From Cladosporium halotolerans (taxonomy: Eukaryota): a stretch of DNA of 60,964 bases. The notes beneath the pieces were generated by a model. It ran no database searches. It was not told the origin of the DNA and saw only the letters and a program-made list of their open reading frames with translations. Where the stretch lies: assembly GCF_011745625.1 (NCBI RefSeq), contig NW_027191472.1, positions 372,001 through 432,964 of the forward strand, given 5' to 3'. Positions 36,167 to 48,932 of the stretch are shown here, piece after piece. Each line of letters opens with the position of its first letter. Positions within the stretch are counted from its first letter, which is position 1. Both the position numbers and the translations under genes were made by a program.

Positions 36167-36994
36167 ATGTCTAAGATTGACGGTGGCAAGAATGTTGCCG
36201 ACGACATCAACATCGTCTCTCATTTCCTCGCCTTCGAGCAGATCAAAAACATCCAAACTCACAACCCGGTAGACTGCATAGTCATCTGCGCATCTTCAGT
36301 CCTCTACCAAGCTTCGCACGTATTCTCAGCCCTCGAGAAACGACCCTCGCTGGCGAAAAACCTAGTCCTTGTTGGCGGCATTGGCCACTCAACCTCCCTC
36401 ATCTACGAAGCCGTAGAACGACATCCGACCTTCCACGCGATCAAAGACCATGTGACAGGTCTGCCGGAAGCTCAAGTTCTGCTGCAAATTCTCGAACGTT
36501 TCTTCGATCTGGACGGTATCGAGAACAACGGCTGCCGCGTCTTGATCGAAGATCGATCGACCAACTGTGGCGCGAATGCCGTCGAGACTAGGAAGGTGCT
36601 CGAGGGAGTTAGGATTCCAGATCCAGGTTCCTGTATCTTTGTTCAGGACCCGACGATGTCTTTGCGGACGCTCGCGAGTTTCGAGAAGGCGTACGGAGAT
36701 CTGCCGGTGGACAAGCGCCCGAGGTTTTCGGCTTGCCCGGTCATCGTGCCCCGGATGCGGATGGAGGGTGAACAGCTGGAGTATGTGTTGGATGAAAGCC
36801 GTGAGATCAGGAAGGAGGATATGTGGGAAACTAAACGATTCTGCGAGCTGCTGGTCGGGGAGGTGGCAAGGCTGACAGATGATGAGAATGGGTACGGGCC
36901 GAGGGGTAAGGGGTTCATTGGGCATGTTGACGTGCCGGTTGAGGTGCAGGAAGCAGCGAAGAAGATCAGGGAGAGGCTTGGGGTGAGTAGATGA
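36167..36994 (+). CDS. DUF218 / YdcF-like protein
   Basis: GGIGHST, EDRSTNCGANA, VQDPTMSLRT and RLTDDENGYGPRGKGFIGHVDVP motifs. Intronless. Confidence 0.85.
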   Translation: MSKIDGGKNVADDINIVSHFLAFEQIKNIQTHNPVDCIVICASSVLYQASHVFSALEKRPSLAKNLVLVGGIGHSTSLIYEAVERHPTFHAIKDHVTGLPEAQVLLQILERFFDLDGIENNGCRVLIEDRSTNCGANAVETRKVLEGVRIPDPGSCIFVQDPTMSLRTLASFEKAYGDLPVDKRPRFSACPVIVPRMRMEGEQLEYVLDESREIRKEDMWETKRFCELLVGEVARLTDDENGYGPRGKGFIGHVDVPVEVQEAAKKIRERLGVSR

Positions 36995-37346
36995 ATGGGA
37001 TAGGGCGCGTCTGTCAATAGATACGCGTGATCCCACATATCGCTGGCGTCTTTACAGTGCCTTCGAAGACAATGTGAGGTCCAGTCCCATCGCTTGGCGA
37101 AGTCACAATAGGCACTCATGATCGCGACTGCAACGGGCAGAACAACACACGATTGGGCTGCGTTTGTGACGAATCAGGCTAATTTCATACTGGGAGCAGT
37201 TCAGATACCACCTGCCTGAAGTGTACACCCAGATCAAGGCCGAATACAGATACCTTTGATCATCCTTTGTTGCTGGTATCGTGAGCATGTCTGCGATCGA
37301 ATTTGTGTCTGCCGATGTTGCCTATCATCCTCATCAATGGCGTCTT

Positions 37347-38057
37347 TCAGATGTCCAACTGCTCGTACTCCTCCTCCTGCGGGAACCCGAGGTGAAACCT
37401 CCCACACTTGGCCCAATCCACCTCCAGCGCCTCGCCAGCCTCAAACTCCTTCACTCGCCCACCGGTCTTCTTGTCCTCGCTGAGGAAGCAGCACACCAAC
37501 CCGTCACCACTAACCTCCTTCTGCCATGGAGGAATCACAAAGCCAAAGATTGTGCCCTTGACATCGCTGTACGTCTTCTGCTCCGTCTGGATGCTCTTGA
37601 AGCCACCCGTTGCGCGGAATGGCATCGGCGTATTCCGGCCCATGCTGAACACCTCTTCCTTGACCTTGGAGCTCGATGTCCCAGGCGGGGCTTTGAAGCG
37701 GTATGTTGGCTGGAAGACGACGACGGAGGTGTGCGGCATGCATGCGCTCTTTTCTGCCGGCGCAGCGCTTCCGGTGCTGTCAATGCTGTACGCGATGCTG
37801 TCTAATTGGATCATGTCGTCCGGTCTGCCGCTGCCTGACGAGGACTCGAAATAGCCGGTACCGTGTGTGCCATGGTTCGTCAAAAAAGCGACTGGAGGGC
37901 CGCCGAATGTCAGGCCAGCACGGTAGGCGGAAGAGAGGGAATACTGATATATGTCGTTGGGTATTGAGTTCGGCATCGTGCTGGCAAGTCGTGTTTGGGT
38001 AGGCTTGGAGAACAGAGATGCTGGGGATGTGCGAATGGGAAACAGACGAGAAAACAT
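37347..38057 (-). CDS. Alpha-acetolactate decarboxylase homolog (metal ligands altered)
   Basis: IYQYS...HGTHGTGYF...GTIFGFVIP...FLSEDKKTGGRV follows the ALDC layout. Possible starts are ATG 38093, 38057 or 37976. Confidence 0.75.
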   Translation of the reverse strand: MFSRLFPIRTSPASLFSKPTQTRLASTMPNSIPNDIYQYSLSSAYRAGLTFGGPPVAFLTNHGTHGTGYFESSSGSGRPDDMIQLDSIAYSIDSTGSAAPAEKSACMPHTSVVVFQPTYRFKAPPGTSSSKVKEEVFSMGRNTPMPFRATGGFKSIQTEQKTYSDVKGTIFGFVIPPWQKEVSGDGLVCCFLSEDKKTGGRVKEFEAGEALEVDWAKCGRFHLGFPQEEEYEQLDI

Positions 38058-38454
38058 GTATACAGAGTTTGAGAGAGCAACACCTACCGACATAATCTTA
38101 ATGCTAGCATGCGCACATTATTGCATGCTCGTGCATGCTTGGTGAACGGTGATGGGAGTGGAGGTTGGAGTGCGGAGCCGATGAAGCTGTCGTCCGAGAT
38201 CGCGGGTCAGCTCGGCGTCTCGCTCTTTGAACCTAATGCGAGCGAAGGATGTGTGCGCCCTCGAAGACGGCGTACAGTTGTCACGGATCGTGAGTTACTG
38301 CAAGGATAGACATCAATCTACCATTGGTTTGAGCTGGCCATCTCAGTGAAACATTTTGACATACAACTCACGAGTGATCGGAGGCTTCGTTGGTATCACA
38401 GGTATATCGTACATTGTCGTGCTTTACAGATTAAATGCCAACCTCTCGCGTAGA

Positions 38455-39972
38455 TTATCGGCGGATGATTTTCTCGATCTCGTTAGGCATCCATTTTCTC
38501 AGGACTTGGGGTACAATCACTGCCTGCTCATCCTCCCTCCACCCGTTCTCCAATATTGCCGCGAGAACGCGAGGGACAGCCATCGCCGTGCCATTGACAG
38601 TGTGCGGCCAGTGCAGATGTTGATCCGAAGCTCCCTTGTACCGCGTACCCAAACGTCTGCTCTGGTAGTCAGTGCAAATGGAGGCACTGGTAACCTCTCC
38701 ATAACCGTCGTCAATGCTCGTTCGCGAGGGGAAGAAGGCCTCAATGTCAATCTTTCGGGTCGCAGAAGCGCCGAGATCGGTGGATGGCATTTCCAGGATA
38801 CGGGCGTGTAGGCCAAGAGAAGAGAGGATCTCAGTCTGGATCGAAAGCATTTCTTCGAAGGCAGCCTCGCTGTCTGAAGGCATGTTGAAATCGTCTTCGT
38901 CCTCCGTTCCGAAACGGTCACCTCCTTCGGCTTTGGGGGGCGGCTTCGTCCAGGCGAACATTTCCACCTTCGTGAACTCGTGCACACGGTACAGGCCCTT
39001 GGTGTCTACTCCGCGGGCGCCGGCTTCCGCACGGTAACAACGTGATGGACCGATGACCTTGAGAGGCAGTTCACTTTCACTAAGCGTCTTGTTTGCTTGC
39101 GAGCCAGCGAAAGGGATTTCTGCGGTTCCGGCAAGAACGAGGCTTGGCTTGTCGTCGCTGTCGCTTTCCGAATGCGCAATGTTGTAAATCTGTGTCTCGC
39201 CATTCTGATCACGAGGCATGAACCCGCATGCGCTCGCGATGTGGCTGTAGACCAAGCTAGGAGGTGTCATGACTTTCCAGCCGCGAGACATGGCGACGCT
39301 CAGAGCGTACTGAATCAACGCCTGTTCCAGCAGCGCGCCCTCGTTCTTGAGGAAATACCAGCCCCAGCCGCTTGTCGTCGCGCTGGCCTGGAAGTCCAAA
39401 ATGTCCAACTCCCTACCAATATCCACGTGGCTCTTCACACCCTCGCCGGCGAGCTCAGGCCTCTCTTCACCATTGATGTACCCGACTTTTGTCGCATCCG
39501 AGCCCACAGGCGTCTGGAGCGAACTAAGATTAGGCAGCTCCAATGCCAGTTTCTCCATCTCCGCCTGGGTATCTTTCTCCAACTTCGCGATCGCGGCTAT
39601 GCTCGCTTTAAGCTCCTTTGCCTCCCTGTGCGCCTCCTCTTTACCCATAATGTCATCTCCCTTCGCGAGCAACTTGCTCAGCGCTTTGTTCCTCTGCCTG
39701 AAATCCACAGCTTTCGCCTGCTCGTCCGCCAATTTCCTATGCAGCTCCAATATGCGCCAGCCATTCCTCGCGGAAGCGGCGTAATTGCGGTCTATGCAGT
39801 TTTGTTCGTAGAGTCCGGGATTTTGGCGGATGTGCTTGAGGTCTAGGACGGGCTTTGGCGCGAAAGACGGCCTGCTGAAGTGTCGCTTGGAAACGACATT
39901 GCAATTGAGTCGCCTGCTCAATTGAGCGCGGACGGCTATGCGACAGCCTGTGCAGACGTATGGAGACGGCAT
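38455..39972 (-). CDS. Seryl-tRNA synthetase, mitochondrial (Dia4-like)
   Basis: Presequence-like N-terminus, LAGTAEIP, CYRAEAGARG..GLYRVHEFTKVEMF, GEVTSASICTDYQSRRL and HTVNGTAMAVPR motifs. Confidence 0.9.
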   Translation of the reverse strand: MPSPYVCTGCRIAVRAQLSRRLNCNVVSKRHFSRPSFAPKPVLDLKHIRQNPGLYEQNCIDRNYAASARNGWRILELHRKLADEQAKAVDFRQRNKALSKLLAKGDDIMGKEEAHREAKELKASIAAIAKLEKDTQAEMEKLALELPNLSSLQTPVGSDATKVGYINGEERPELAGEGVKSHVDIGRELDILDFQASATTSGWGWYFLKNEGALLEQALIQYALSVAMSRGWKVMTPPSLVYSHIASACGFMPRDQNGETQIYNIAHSESDSDDKPSLVLAGTAEIPFAGSQANKTLSESELPLKVIGPSRCYRAEAGARGVDTKGLYRVHEFTKVEMFAWTKPPPKAEGGDRFGTEDEDDFNMPSDSEAAFEEMLSIQTEILSSLGLHARILEMPSTDLGASATRKIDIEAFFPSRTSIDDGYGEVTSASICTDYQSRRLGTRYKGASDQHLHWPHTVNGTAMAVPRVLAAILENGWREDEQAVIVPQVLRKWMPNEIEKIIRR

Positions 39973-40233
39973 TGGAGTGCGAGGGGTTGGGAAAGAGACA
40001 ATTGCTTGAGAGCTTCGGCTTGCTTCAGCGGGCGAAGTTCCGCTGGCGATCACTTGCGGGCAAGCTGTAACGGTCGTTCCCAAAGCCGACCGTGGATGAA
40101 CAGACTCGATGAAGCCAATGTCCTGCTGAACTGATGCAATCCAGCAATTCCTGACGGCAAAGAAAAGGTTGCCATTGGCGGTAAAATTCGGGTGGCTTCG
40201 CCGGGTATTGCTATACAATGAACTACCATTACA

Positions 40234-42224
40234 CTAGTCATCAAACCCCTCGAACTCCTGCTCCTCGCCGGCCTCTTCTTTCTTCGCATTTCTTTCTCTC
40301 ACCTGCGCGATCATAGCCTGCAGCTCCATTTCTTTCTGCTTCTCCGCGTCAGACATCTTGCCTATTCGGTCTGCCTTTCTTCTGACGTCCTTCCTTTCCC
40401 TTCTCGATTCCCTCAAAGCCTTCGCCTCCTTCTTGCCACTCCAAGCCTTTTCTAATCGCTTCTGTTGCTCCATCAATTTGCCGCCCTTCTTACCCTTTAG
40501 TTCAGGGTGCTCGCCGCGCGCTCTTGCCGCATTGTCTGCCTGGCGTTTCTCCTCCTTGGCTTTATCCGCGTACGCAAGCGCGCTGAGGTCGAACTCTGCG
40601 GGCATGTCGAGGCTCAGGGTGCGATTAGCCGCTGCCTCAGGGTAATGACGCTTGAGCTCAGGCATCTTGGGCCAGCGTAACAGACCCCACGCTTTCCCTG
40701 TTTCCGGCCAGTCGATCTTGCGAACGTCAAAGATATCGGCAGGGATGGTCTTGTTGTAAGCTTGGATGGAAGACACAAATCCTTTAGCCGCACGGTCGTG
40801 CAGTTCGCGTTTCTGCATGACTAGAGATCTGATGGCTGATGTCATCTGGGAGGCTTCTGATTCGGAGATGGTGGGTGTGTTGGGGTAAGGCTCGAGCTTG
40901 ATGCCCTGCACCTCCAGATATTTGATGTAGTCTTCCTCGTTGCCTTGGCTGAAAAATGTTATGGCCAGGCCACGCTTGCCTGCGCGTCCTGATCGGCCAC
41001 ACCGGTGGATGAAGTCCTTCGGTTGGCTGGGTAGATCTAGCTGGACAACCATGTCAACATCAGAAATGTCGATACCACGGGCTAGCACATCTGTTGTGAG
41101 GAGAATCGCTGGTTCTGTGGCGTCCGTGAATCGTTGCAGGTTCTTGCTGCGAATCTCTGTCTTGTGATCACCATGCATCGGGTAGACGAGAACACCAAGC
41201 AGGGCTGGTAGGATGCGGTCCCAATAGTCCACGCCGGCGCGGGTTGAGACGTATACGATTGTCTTCTGTGCTTTTGTGTCCGCCAGGACACGTTTAAGCA
41301 TGGGAAGCTTGTGCGTAGATTTGACGATGGCATAGCAGAGCTTCAAGGCTTCCGGTGTGCGCTTGTCCAAGGCTCCAGATTTACTTCGAACCTTAGCGCT
41401 GATCTTGAAAGGATATCGCATGCCAACCCGGACAAGCTCGTCGACAGCTGCTGACACTGAGGCACTGAAAAGACCAGTCCGGCGCTCTTTAGGTATTGTG
41501 TCGAGGATCTGCGATAGGTCTGCCTTGAAGTTCGCGTCCAAAAGTCTGTCTGCCTCATCCAACACCAGCAAGTCGAACCAGTGTCTTTTGATGATCACTC
41601 GCGACGAGTTAAGCACCTCGACGAGACGCCTTGGTGTCGCAATGAGAACGTTCGGGTTGATGTCCGAGAAGGTCGCAAGATCCTCCGGTAGTTTCGTTCG
41701 TCCTCCTGTGAGAAGCTGTGGAATAACGTAAGGGCCAGGTGGCGGTCTTGAAGCTTCCTCGTCGTCGATGTCCAGCATCATTGTATCTTTCGAGTGAACC
41801 TTCTTGTACGCGAGGTATGCGGCCGAAGGCTGGTGGAACTCAAGCAATCCTTTCATTACATCGTAGATTTGTGTTGCAAGCTCCTTCGTCGGGGCAACCA
41901 CTATTGAGCGCACGAAACCTTTCTTGTTCGGCTCGTCGGCTTTGAGCAAGCGCTCCACGATCGGGATGAGAAAACTCAGGGTTTTGCCACTTCCGGTCAC
42001 TGCCTAGGGGGATGTTAGTAGAATGGCCATAAGCTTGTTGTGTCCATCCATACCTCGACAACGAGATCTTTGTTGCCCATCAAGAGAGGAATTGCCATCG
42101 CCTGCACCGGTGTCGTACGCTCAAAGCCATTGCTTTGCGCAAAATCGAGGATCCATGATGAGAGCTCCGGTGTCAGCGCCTCAAATGACTTAGGCTTTTT
42201 TCCTGCAGCCGCATCTTGCGCCAT
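40234..42224 (-). CDS. SPB4: DEAD-box rRNA helicase Spb4 (intron 42004-42053)
   Basis: Q motif GFERTTPVQ, spliced DLVVE|AVTGSGKT, DEAD, PKERRTGLFSAS and HRCGRSGRAG motifs, and a basic C-terminus with KAWS. Confidence 0.9.
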
Positions 42225-42836
42225 CTCCGGTACTCAGTTGCAGCCCAAAGAAATCACAAAAATGGCGCAAATGCAACCAGTATATGGTTGCTCCACCTTC
42301 GACAACGAAAAATGTTGGACGAAGTCGAGACGCCAGTCCGGGGAAGGTTGCGGAACGAGCGGGCCGCGCCGGAACTCCGAGATCCGAAGCCCAGATGTGA
42401 TGACTTGCTCTTCAAAATCTCCGGAGGTGTTGTGAAGTCTCTCGGGGTTCATGTTGATTGTCATGCTCTAACAAAATCGATTCTCCGAGGCAGATGGGAG
42501 GAATGCTAATTCGCTGTGACTTTCTGAGGTTTGCTTAGGGCAATTTATTTCTGCATGCCCCTGGTCTCCGCCGGTTGCTTGCTAATGCTGCGGATGCAAA
42601 AACTCCACCGCTGCACAGTAGACAGCATGATTGTGCGCGATTTTCATTGAAGCCTCCTGCTCTCAAGTCCTACATTGAAGTCAAGGCGGTTTCAGTGCTT
42701 GGGGAAGTCCCTGGAGAGGTTTGCTTCATCAAATCGCGCGGAATATCATCAAGAAAGTCTTCGTTACAGCTCCCATAACTCTGCCCAGGAGCGACTGGCA
42801 TACTTGAGGTCACCCCTTGATGTATTCAAACATAGC

Positions 42837-44040
42837 CTAAGTACCACCCAGTAATCGAGATGCCTTGTTATCGAGCTCCACCTTACTGAACCACGCCGCG
42901 CCCATCATTGTCACAAACATCCCGGTAGCATTCGTTACACCAATCGGCACACTGAACACAACAATGCCCAGAAGAATAGTCAAAGCTTGTTTTACGTTCC
43001 CGCACACCGTCACAGCGAGCGCTCCGACCAGTTTGTTCGTCTGGAACGATATGACATTCAGAGCAAAAGCCACGCAAGCATTGAGCAGAAGCGCAATACT
43101 CAGCGACCAAGTGAACCCGCCGTCCAGTTGCGTAAACCTCCGTAGTGCGGAAAGTTCACCTGTGAGTGCGGCGTAGGCCATGCATTGTATGGCGGCCAGT
43201 GGTGACATTCGAAGGAGCAGCTCCATGGCGGATAGATCCAGTGGTCCGGTCATGAGGCGATTCGTGGCGATAGTCTTGATGCATGCTAGGAAGACACCGA
43301 GCAATGTGAGCAGGAATCCCAGTCCGGAGGCCTGATAGTCGCCAGCAGTAGCCAAGCCTGCTCCGAGTACTAGTGGTACGATCGATACGTACGTTCCTGT
43401 ATTATAGGAGCGAGAGTAGATGGTGCGGTAGAGAAGTATGGTGACAACAGGACAGGTGGATCGCATGATCTGATGGAAGGGTACTGATACCATTGCAAGG
43501 GAGACATTGGAGATTGCGATGTTGAGCGTGAAGAGGATGGAAAATGCAAGGAGGGTGAGGTGCGAGCGGAGACTGAGAGGTGTGAGATTGAGGTAGCCAG
43601 TCCCCATTAAAGCAAATGTGCCGATTGATGTTGCAGTAGTGTGCGATACGGTCAACAGCCATGGTAAGCTGAGCTGATTGGATGTCAGCAGAAGGATTTT
43701 GGTGGCTTCCGAAGAAAATACCAACCTGACTCAACACGGACTTGTTCGACAGCGTGAGTGACAAATTTAGGAAGAGATACAACGCTATAAATATGATCTT
43801 GGTTCCGCGAGGCACTTGGTTCTCTGGGGCATCTTGTACGAGCGACGAAACCTGTGCCTCCAGCTCTGGAGACCCTTGCAGTAAAGTTGAAGTCAATCCC
43901 GAGGAGGATGAGTCGAGACTGTCCTTCGTGTCCTCGTCGCTTTTGCGAAGGCTATGGTATGAGTCGCTGCCTGTGTTATCGGGTGATAACCCAGTAGGCT
44001 GTGGATGTGAGAGACTCGGTTGCGGTTCACCCATGGCCAT
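42837..44040 (-). CDS. Triose-phosphate/nucleotide-sugar transporter (TPT/DMT) (intron 43674-43725)
   Basis: NLSLTLSNKSVL|LSLPWLLT, SNVSLAMVSVPFHQIMRSTCP and TVCGNVKQ motifs, with multiple TM helices. Confidence 0.88.
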
Positions 44041-45948
44041 GTCGATTTGTACAGCTTTCCTCGAGTTGAGATATTGGGCATCAATAAAATGTCTTCAATG
44101 ATGTTGCGCTGTCCAGGATGACGGAAGAGATGGATGTGCTGCGACCAGCTTTGCGGTAGTCCACCCTCGGAATGAAGCTGTCTTGACCGCGCTTTCGCGA
44201 TGCTCCAAGACTGATGACTGATGATGAGAATGCCGTTGGGTGCTCCAGAACGATGTCGTTGCCACCTTCCAACTCCGGTTCATGCATCAAGGCACGACAA
44301 GGGAAACGACCCTGACTTGGGAAGGCGAGATGCACGGTCGTTGCTTTGATGATGATGATGAAAAACGACTTGGGGTAAGAAAGACAGTAACGATGGTCTG
44401 CACACTACCACCTGGACTGGGTGGACCGGGAAGTGCTCATAGAATGTGAAAGGGGAGCCCAGCGTGTCGCTGAGCTTGGCGCCTGCCTTATCGCATGAGG
44501 TCCAGGGCTCTTTTTCATACCGGGGACTCCCACTGCGCCTCACTCTCGTTCCGATGACGCCGGGCGCGCGCGAGGCATACCCCATTAGCTGGGTCCCTTA
44601 CAGTGCTTACCTGACCTCACGTTTGGCGAGCAGGCATAGCTCCAGCATCAGCCCATGAACGCAAGACTCATGCATCGGCGTTTGAGAGTCCGTAACCAAT
44701 GCGCATGGACGGTACCAGCACGCATGCTTTTGGCGGAGCTTGGCCATCTGTACGATATTCCTTCGCCTGGGCACAAACGACCCACTCGCCATTCGTCAAT
44801 CAGCGTGAAACCTGGTCGGGAAGCCGCGCGTGTGGAAGACGTAAGCTCCTGACCTTTGTTTGCATTCCAGCTTACCAGCCTGGTTAAGTCCCGGTGAGAA
44901 CAACCCCTGCGGTACCTGATTGCCAACACGTCGCGAGCGGCGAATGCTTCGACACTTGGACGGGACATCACGAACACATGCCCTCCCCGGATGTATGTCA
45001 GCAGCCCCTTCTTGCGATACGCTCCACTCGCGTGACAGGGGTCACTTGGCGGTACAGTATAGCCGCAGCCCTGCGCACCAACCGGCTGCCGGCTTGGCAA
45101 GGGTGTTTTATGCAGGGCAACCTGTAGTGTGTCACAATCGTCTGGACGGGCAGCGCTTCCGAATCCGACCACCATGCGTGAATTTGACGGGACGCTCGCA
45201 TGCTGGATGTCCGTGGATCACCACACATGACGCTGATCGCGTCAGGTTTGTGTTTCTCTCTAAGATCGTATAGTCTTTCGACCTTTCAAGCTCCTGTTGC
45301 ATCACGGAAGCCTTCACCCATTTCAAACCAAATACTCTGTCCGATCGCATCCGCTCTTACGAGTTATTAATGATGTTGCTGTTGGGTGGCGATGTGACGC
45401 CATGGAATCAGACCCTTGGCCATGATTTAAAAAATGCGAGAAATATCCGCGAGCTTCCAAACCACAGATGTCGGTAGACTACCTTACCTTTACCCCTCGA
45501 ACGGTTCTTTCACAAACATTCTATTAATCCCATGGTATCCCATTCATCAAACGGTTGTTCGCAGCTCCGGGCATGTTGTAGAAAGGTTTTGCTTGCCGTT
45601 TTCGGCTGATGAGTCCGGAAGATCGAGTTCTCGGAGCGCCCGTAACGAACAACTGATTACCTGGCAAAGAGTGCGGTCTTTGATCCATCGAGACGAGGAA
45701 CACGAATGCAAAGTCCAGTGATTGTATTGATCATTGGGTTGTAGACAGGACCTCGGCCTGAGAGCCCCATTTCATCACTGCCGAGTGTGAAAGCTTATCT
45801 TATCTTTGCAGACAGCGCAAGTGGGCCTGAGACATCGCGTCATCCATGATCGCCGAAGCACGTTACCCGTCAGCGGTAATACTCTTCACGCTTCTTGCGC
45901 TCGAGATGTCGCACGACCAGACCACACGGTTGCGACATTCTCCTTGCC

Positions 45949-48301
45949 ATGGCGCCGGATAGAGGCGACGCACCTGCGCACGATCGTGCCCCCGACGCTC
46001 CTTACCATGACTACCAAGACGACAATGACGATGTCGATGTCTCACGCGCCATCTCTCACGAACCCATCGGCCATGAACCTGACGCTCGATTCCTTGCCCG
46101 CCGATCCGAACAGCCTCAATTCACCCTTCGCGCGCTGTTGCTGGGGTTGCTCATCGGCATCTTGATTGCCTTCAGCAACACCTACTTCGGCCTGCAGACA
46201 GGATGGATCTCTGGCATGGCGATGCCCTCGGCGCTGATCGGTTTCGCGTACTTCAAAGGCCTGCGCGCGTTGATGAGCCGGCTGGGTGATGGCTTTGCTA
46301 GTTTTGGATTTGGCGAGGGGTTCAGCGAGGTGGAGAATGTTCTTGTGCAGACTGTTGCAGGAAGTGTCGGGACAATGCCGCTCGGATGTGGTTTCGTGGG
46401 AGTTGTGCCTGCGCTGGAGTTCTTGCTCAAACCGAGTGAAACTCCGAGCTCAACTTCGGGCGATCCGGATATTGTGAACGCGCTCGCGGCCGCGGAAGAG
46501 ACAGGTGGACTCAAGCTTCCTACTGGAAAACTAGTGCTTTGGGCACTCGGAATATGCTTCTTTGGCGTAGTCTTTGCTGTGCCATTGAGGAAAGAGGTCA
46601 TCGTGCGCGAGAAACTGAAGTTTCCGTCAGGGACAGCAACCGCTCTGATGATTGGAGTGTTGCATGGTGGTGAAAAGCAGAGAGATCAGAAGCCGGAAGA
46701 GCACGAGGATGAAGAGGAAGGAAGAGCCTTGATGGGCGAAGCACGCCGCGACAGCTACGATGGCGATCATAACAGAGCACAAGATGAAGCGGCAAAACGC
46801 GATTGGAGACGACAGATACGATTGCTCACTTTTTCCTTCGCTATCAGCGGTGTATATGTAAGTCTTCGATTGTTAACCGTCTCTTCTCGGTATGCTAATA
46901 CAGGTTGCAAAGACTCTTCTATCTTACTTCCTTCCACAACTGCACAGTATTCCTTTCCTTGGAACATACATGGCGAACACTTGGCTCTGGTCACTCAATC
47001 CTTCACCTGCTTACGTGGGCCAAGGTATCATCATGGGCCCTGCCACGACGATACACATGCTTCTGGGTGCTCTTCTTGGATGGGCAGTCCTTTCACCTTT
47101 AGCCAAGCACCAAGGATGGGCGAGTGGTGATGTTAGCGACTGGAATACTGGCTCCAAGGGCTGGATCGTGTGGGTCAGTTTGGCAATCATGCTTGCGGAC
47201 GCTATCGTAAGTCTAGGATGGCTGGTCATACGTCCTCTAATATTCTACGGAAGACAATACGGTCCTGGCTTCATTGACGCTGTCCGGACTAAAGGCATCA
47301 AGCGACATATGAGAGACATCGCCAACTCCAGAGCTCACGGATATGCTCCAGTAAATCTCTCAGACAACATCGCGGACGCCAGCCGTGGTAACGCAGCCTC
47401 GAAGCCGCCAAAGGCAGGCGACGATCCAGACGAAGAATACGACGCTCCGCCCGAACACCTTATCGGTGTCAAGACAACATTGATTGGGCTTCTACTCTCG
47501 CTCGGATTCTGTGTTTTCTCCGTCCAGTTTTCCTTCCGGGGCATGATTTCGATCTCTTTGACGCTGTTCGCTTTGCTCCTGGCCTTGCTACTCAGCATCA
47601 TGGGCGTCCGTGCGCTTGGAGAAACGGATCTAAACCCCGTCTCAGGCATCTCCAAACTCACGCAACTCCTCTTCGCGCTCGCCACACCTAAAGATCATCC
47701 CAATTCTGTCGTCATCAATCTCCTTGCAGGTGCCATTTCCGAATCTGGCGCCCTTCAGGCCGGCGATCTCCTCCAGGATCTCAAGACAGGCCATCTCCTG
47801 GGCGCCTCGCCCAAAGCGCAATTCTATGGCCAACTCATCGGCTCCGCTGTCGGCGCCGTGGTCAGCGCACTCGTCTACAAACTCTACACCAGCGTTTACA
47901 CCATCCCATCCGGCCTGTTCCAAGTCCCAACAGCCTACGTCTGGATCTTCACCGCGCGCCTCGTCACGGGCCAAGGACTCCCGCCCATGGTTCCGAGCTT
48001 CGCAGCCGCGGCTGCGGCCATCTGGGCTATTCTTACCGCCATCCGGATCTACGGGACTGCGAAGAAAGCGTCTTGGGTACCGTACGTGCCTGGCGGCATC
48101 GCTGTTGCGGTAGGAATGTATAATACACCCTCCTTCACGCTGGCGCGGACGGCTGGCGGGCTGATCGCTTACTATTGGACTGGATGGAGACAGAGGCCTG
48201 AAACGCCCATCATTGTTCTTGCGAGTGGGCTGATCCTGGGAGAAGGTCTGGTAAGCATTGTCAACCTTGGGTTAGCGAGTGGGAAGGTGCCGCATTTGTA
48301 G
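45949..48301 (+). CDS. OPT-family (YSL-like) oligopeptide/metal-chelate transporter (intron 46858-46912, alternative acceptor 46903)
   Basis: QFTLRA..NTYFGLQTGW, ENVLVQT, LKFPSGTATA, SPAYVGQG, GETDLNP and DLKTGHL motifs. Confidence 0.9.
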
Positions 48302-48932
48302 TTCTCTGTTAGCATCAATTTCCCGATCTGGTATCAGAGCACACCTTTGAATGAACGCGCTTGGGTGCTTTACGTGCAAATTCCCGATAAAGTCACAGTA
48401 CGTAACACTTGCAGTGTAATCATATGTCGATTAACATCGAATGTAATTGTATGCAGTCACGCACCTGACATGTTAATCTGCTGCGTCTAATGCTCGAGTT
48501 ACCTATGCAATGCCCTTCGTCATCAAATCAGGGACTGAGACTCTTGACAGGAGGGAATCAAACTGCAAAAGAGAATGCAAGCATTTCAACGATCATCGAA
48601 GGGCATGGAGTGACGATCGGCAATGGAGGGATTCCCCACGATGTCCCTGGAGAAAGTTGTGGGATCGGCGACTTCACATGCCAGACCCTGGGAATCCTTC
48701 CATTACCAATCCATCTCACAGCTTCCTATCGCCAACCTCTGGAGGATTACCTCTGTCTCTCCGAACAAATCCACATGCCTTGAATCGAAGATTGGTCTTC
48801 TAGTTATAGCATAGAGAGGCAGAGAACTCCAGCGATGCTCCAAATCTATTGCTAATACCCAGCCGCGACCGCATCTACAGACGCGCAACAACCATCCCCT
48901 ACTCCTGTCCTGATCTACTCCAAAACCTCACC

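Noticed and set aside
36167..36994. Recent bacterial horizontal transfer of the DUF218 gene
   Set aside because: It is intronless and YdcF-like, but composition resembles its neighbours and such genes are known in fungi. A phylogeny would be needed.
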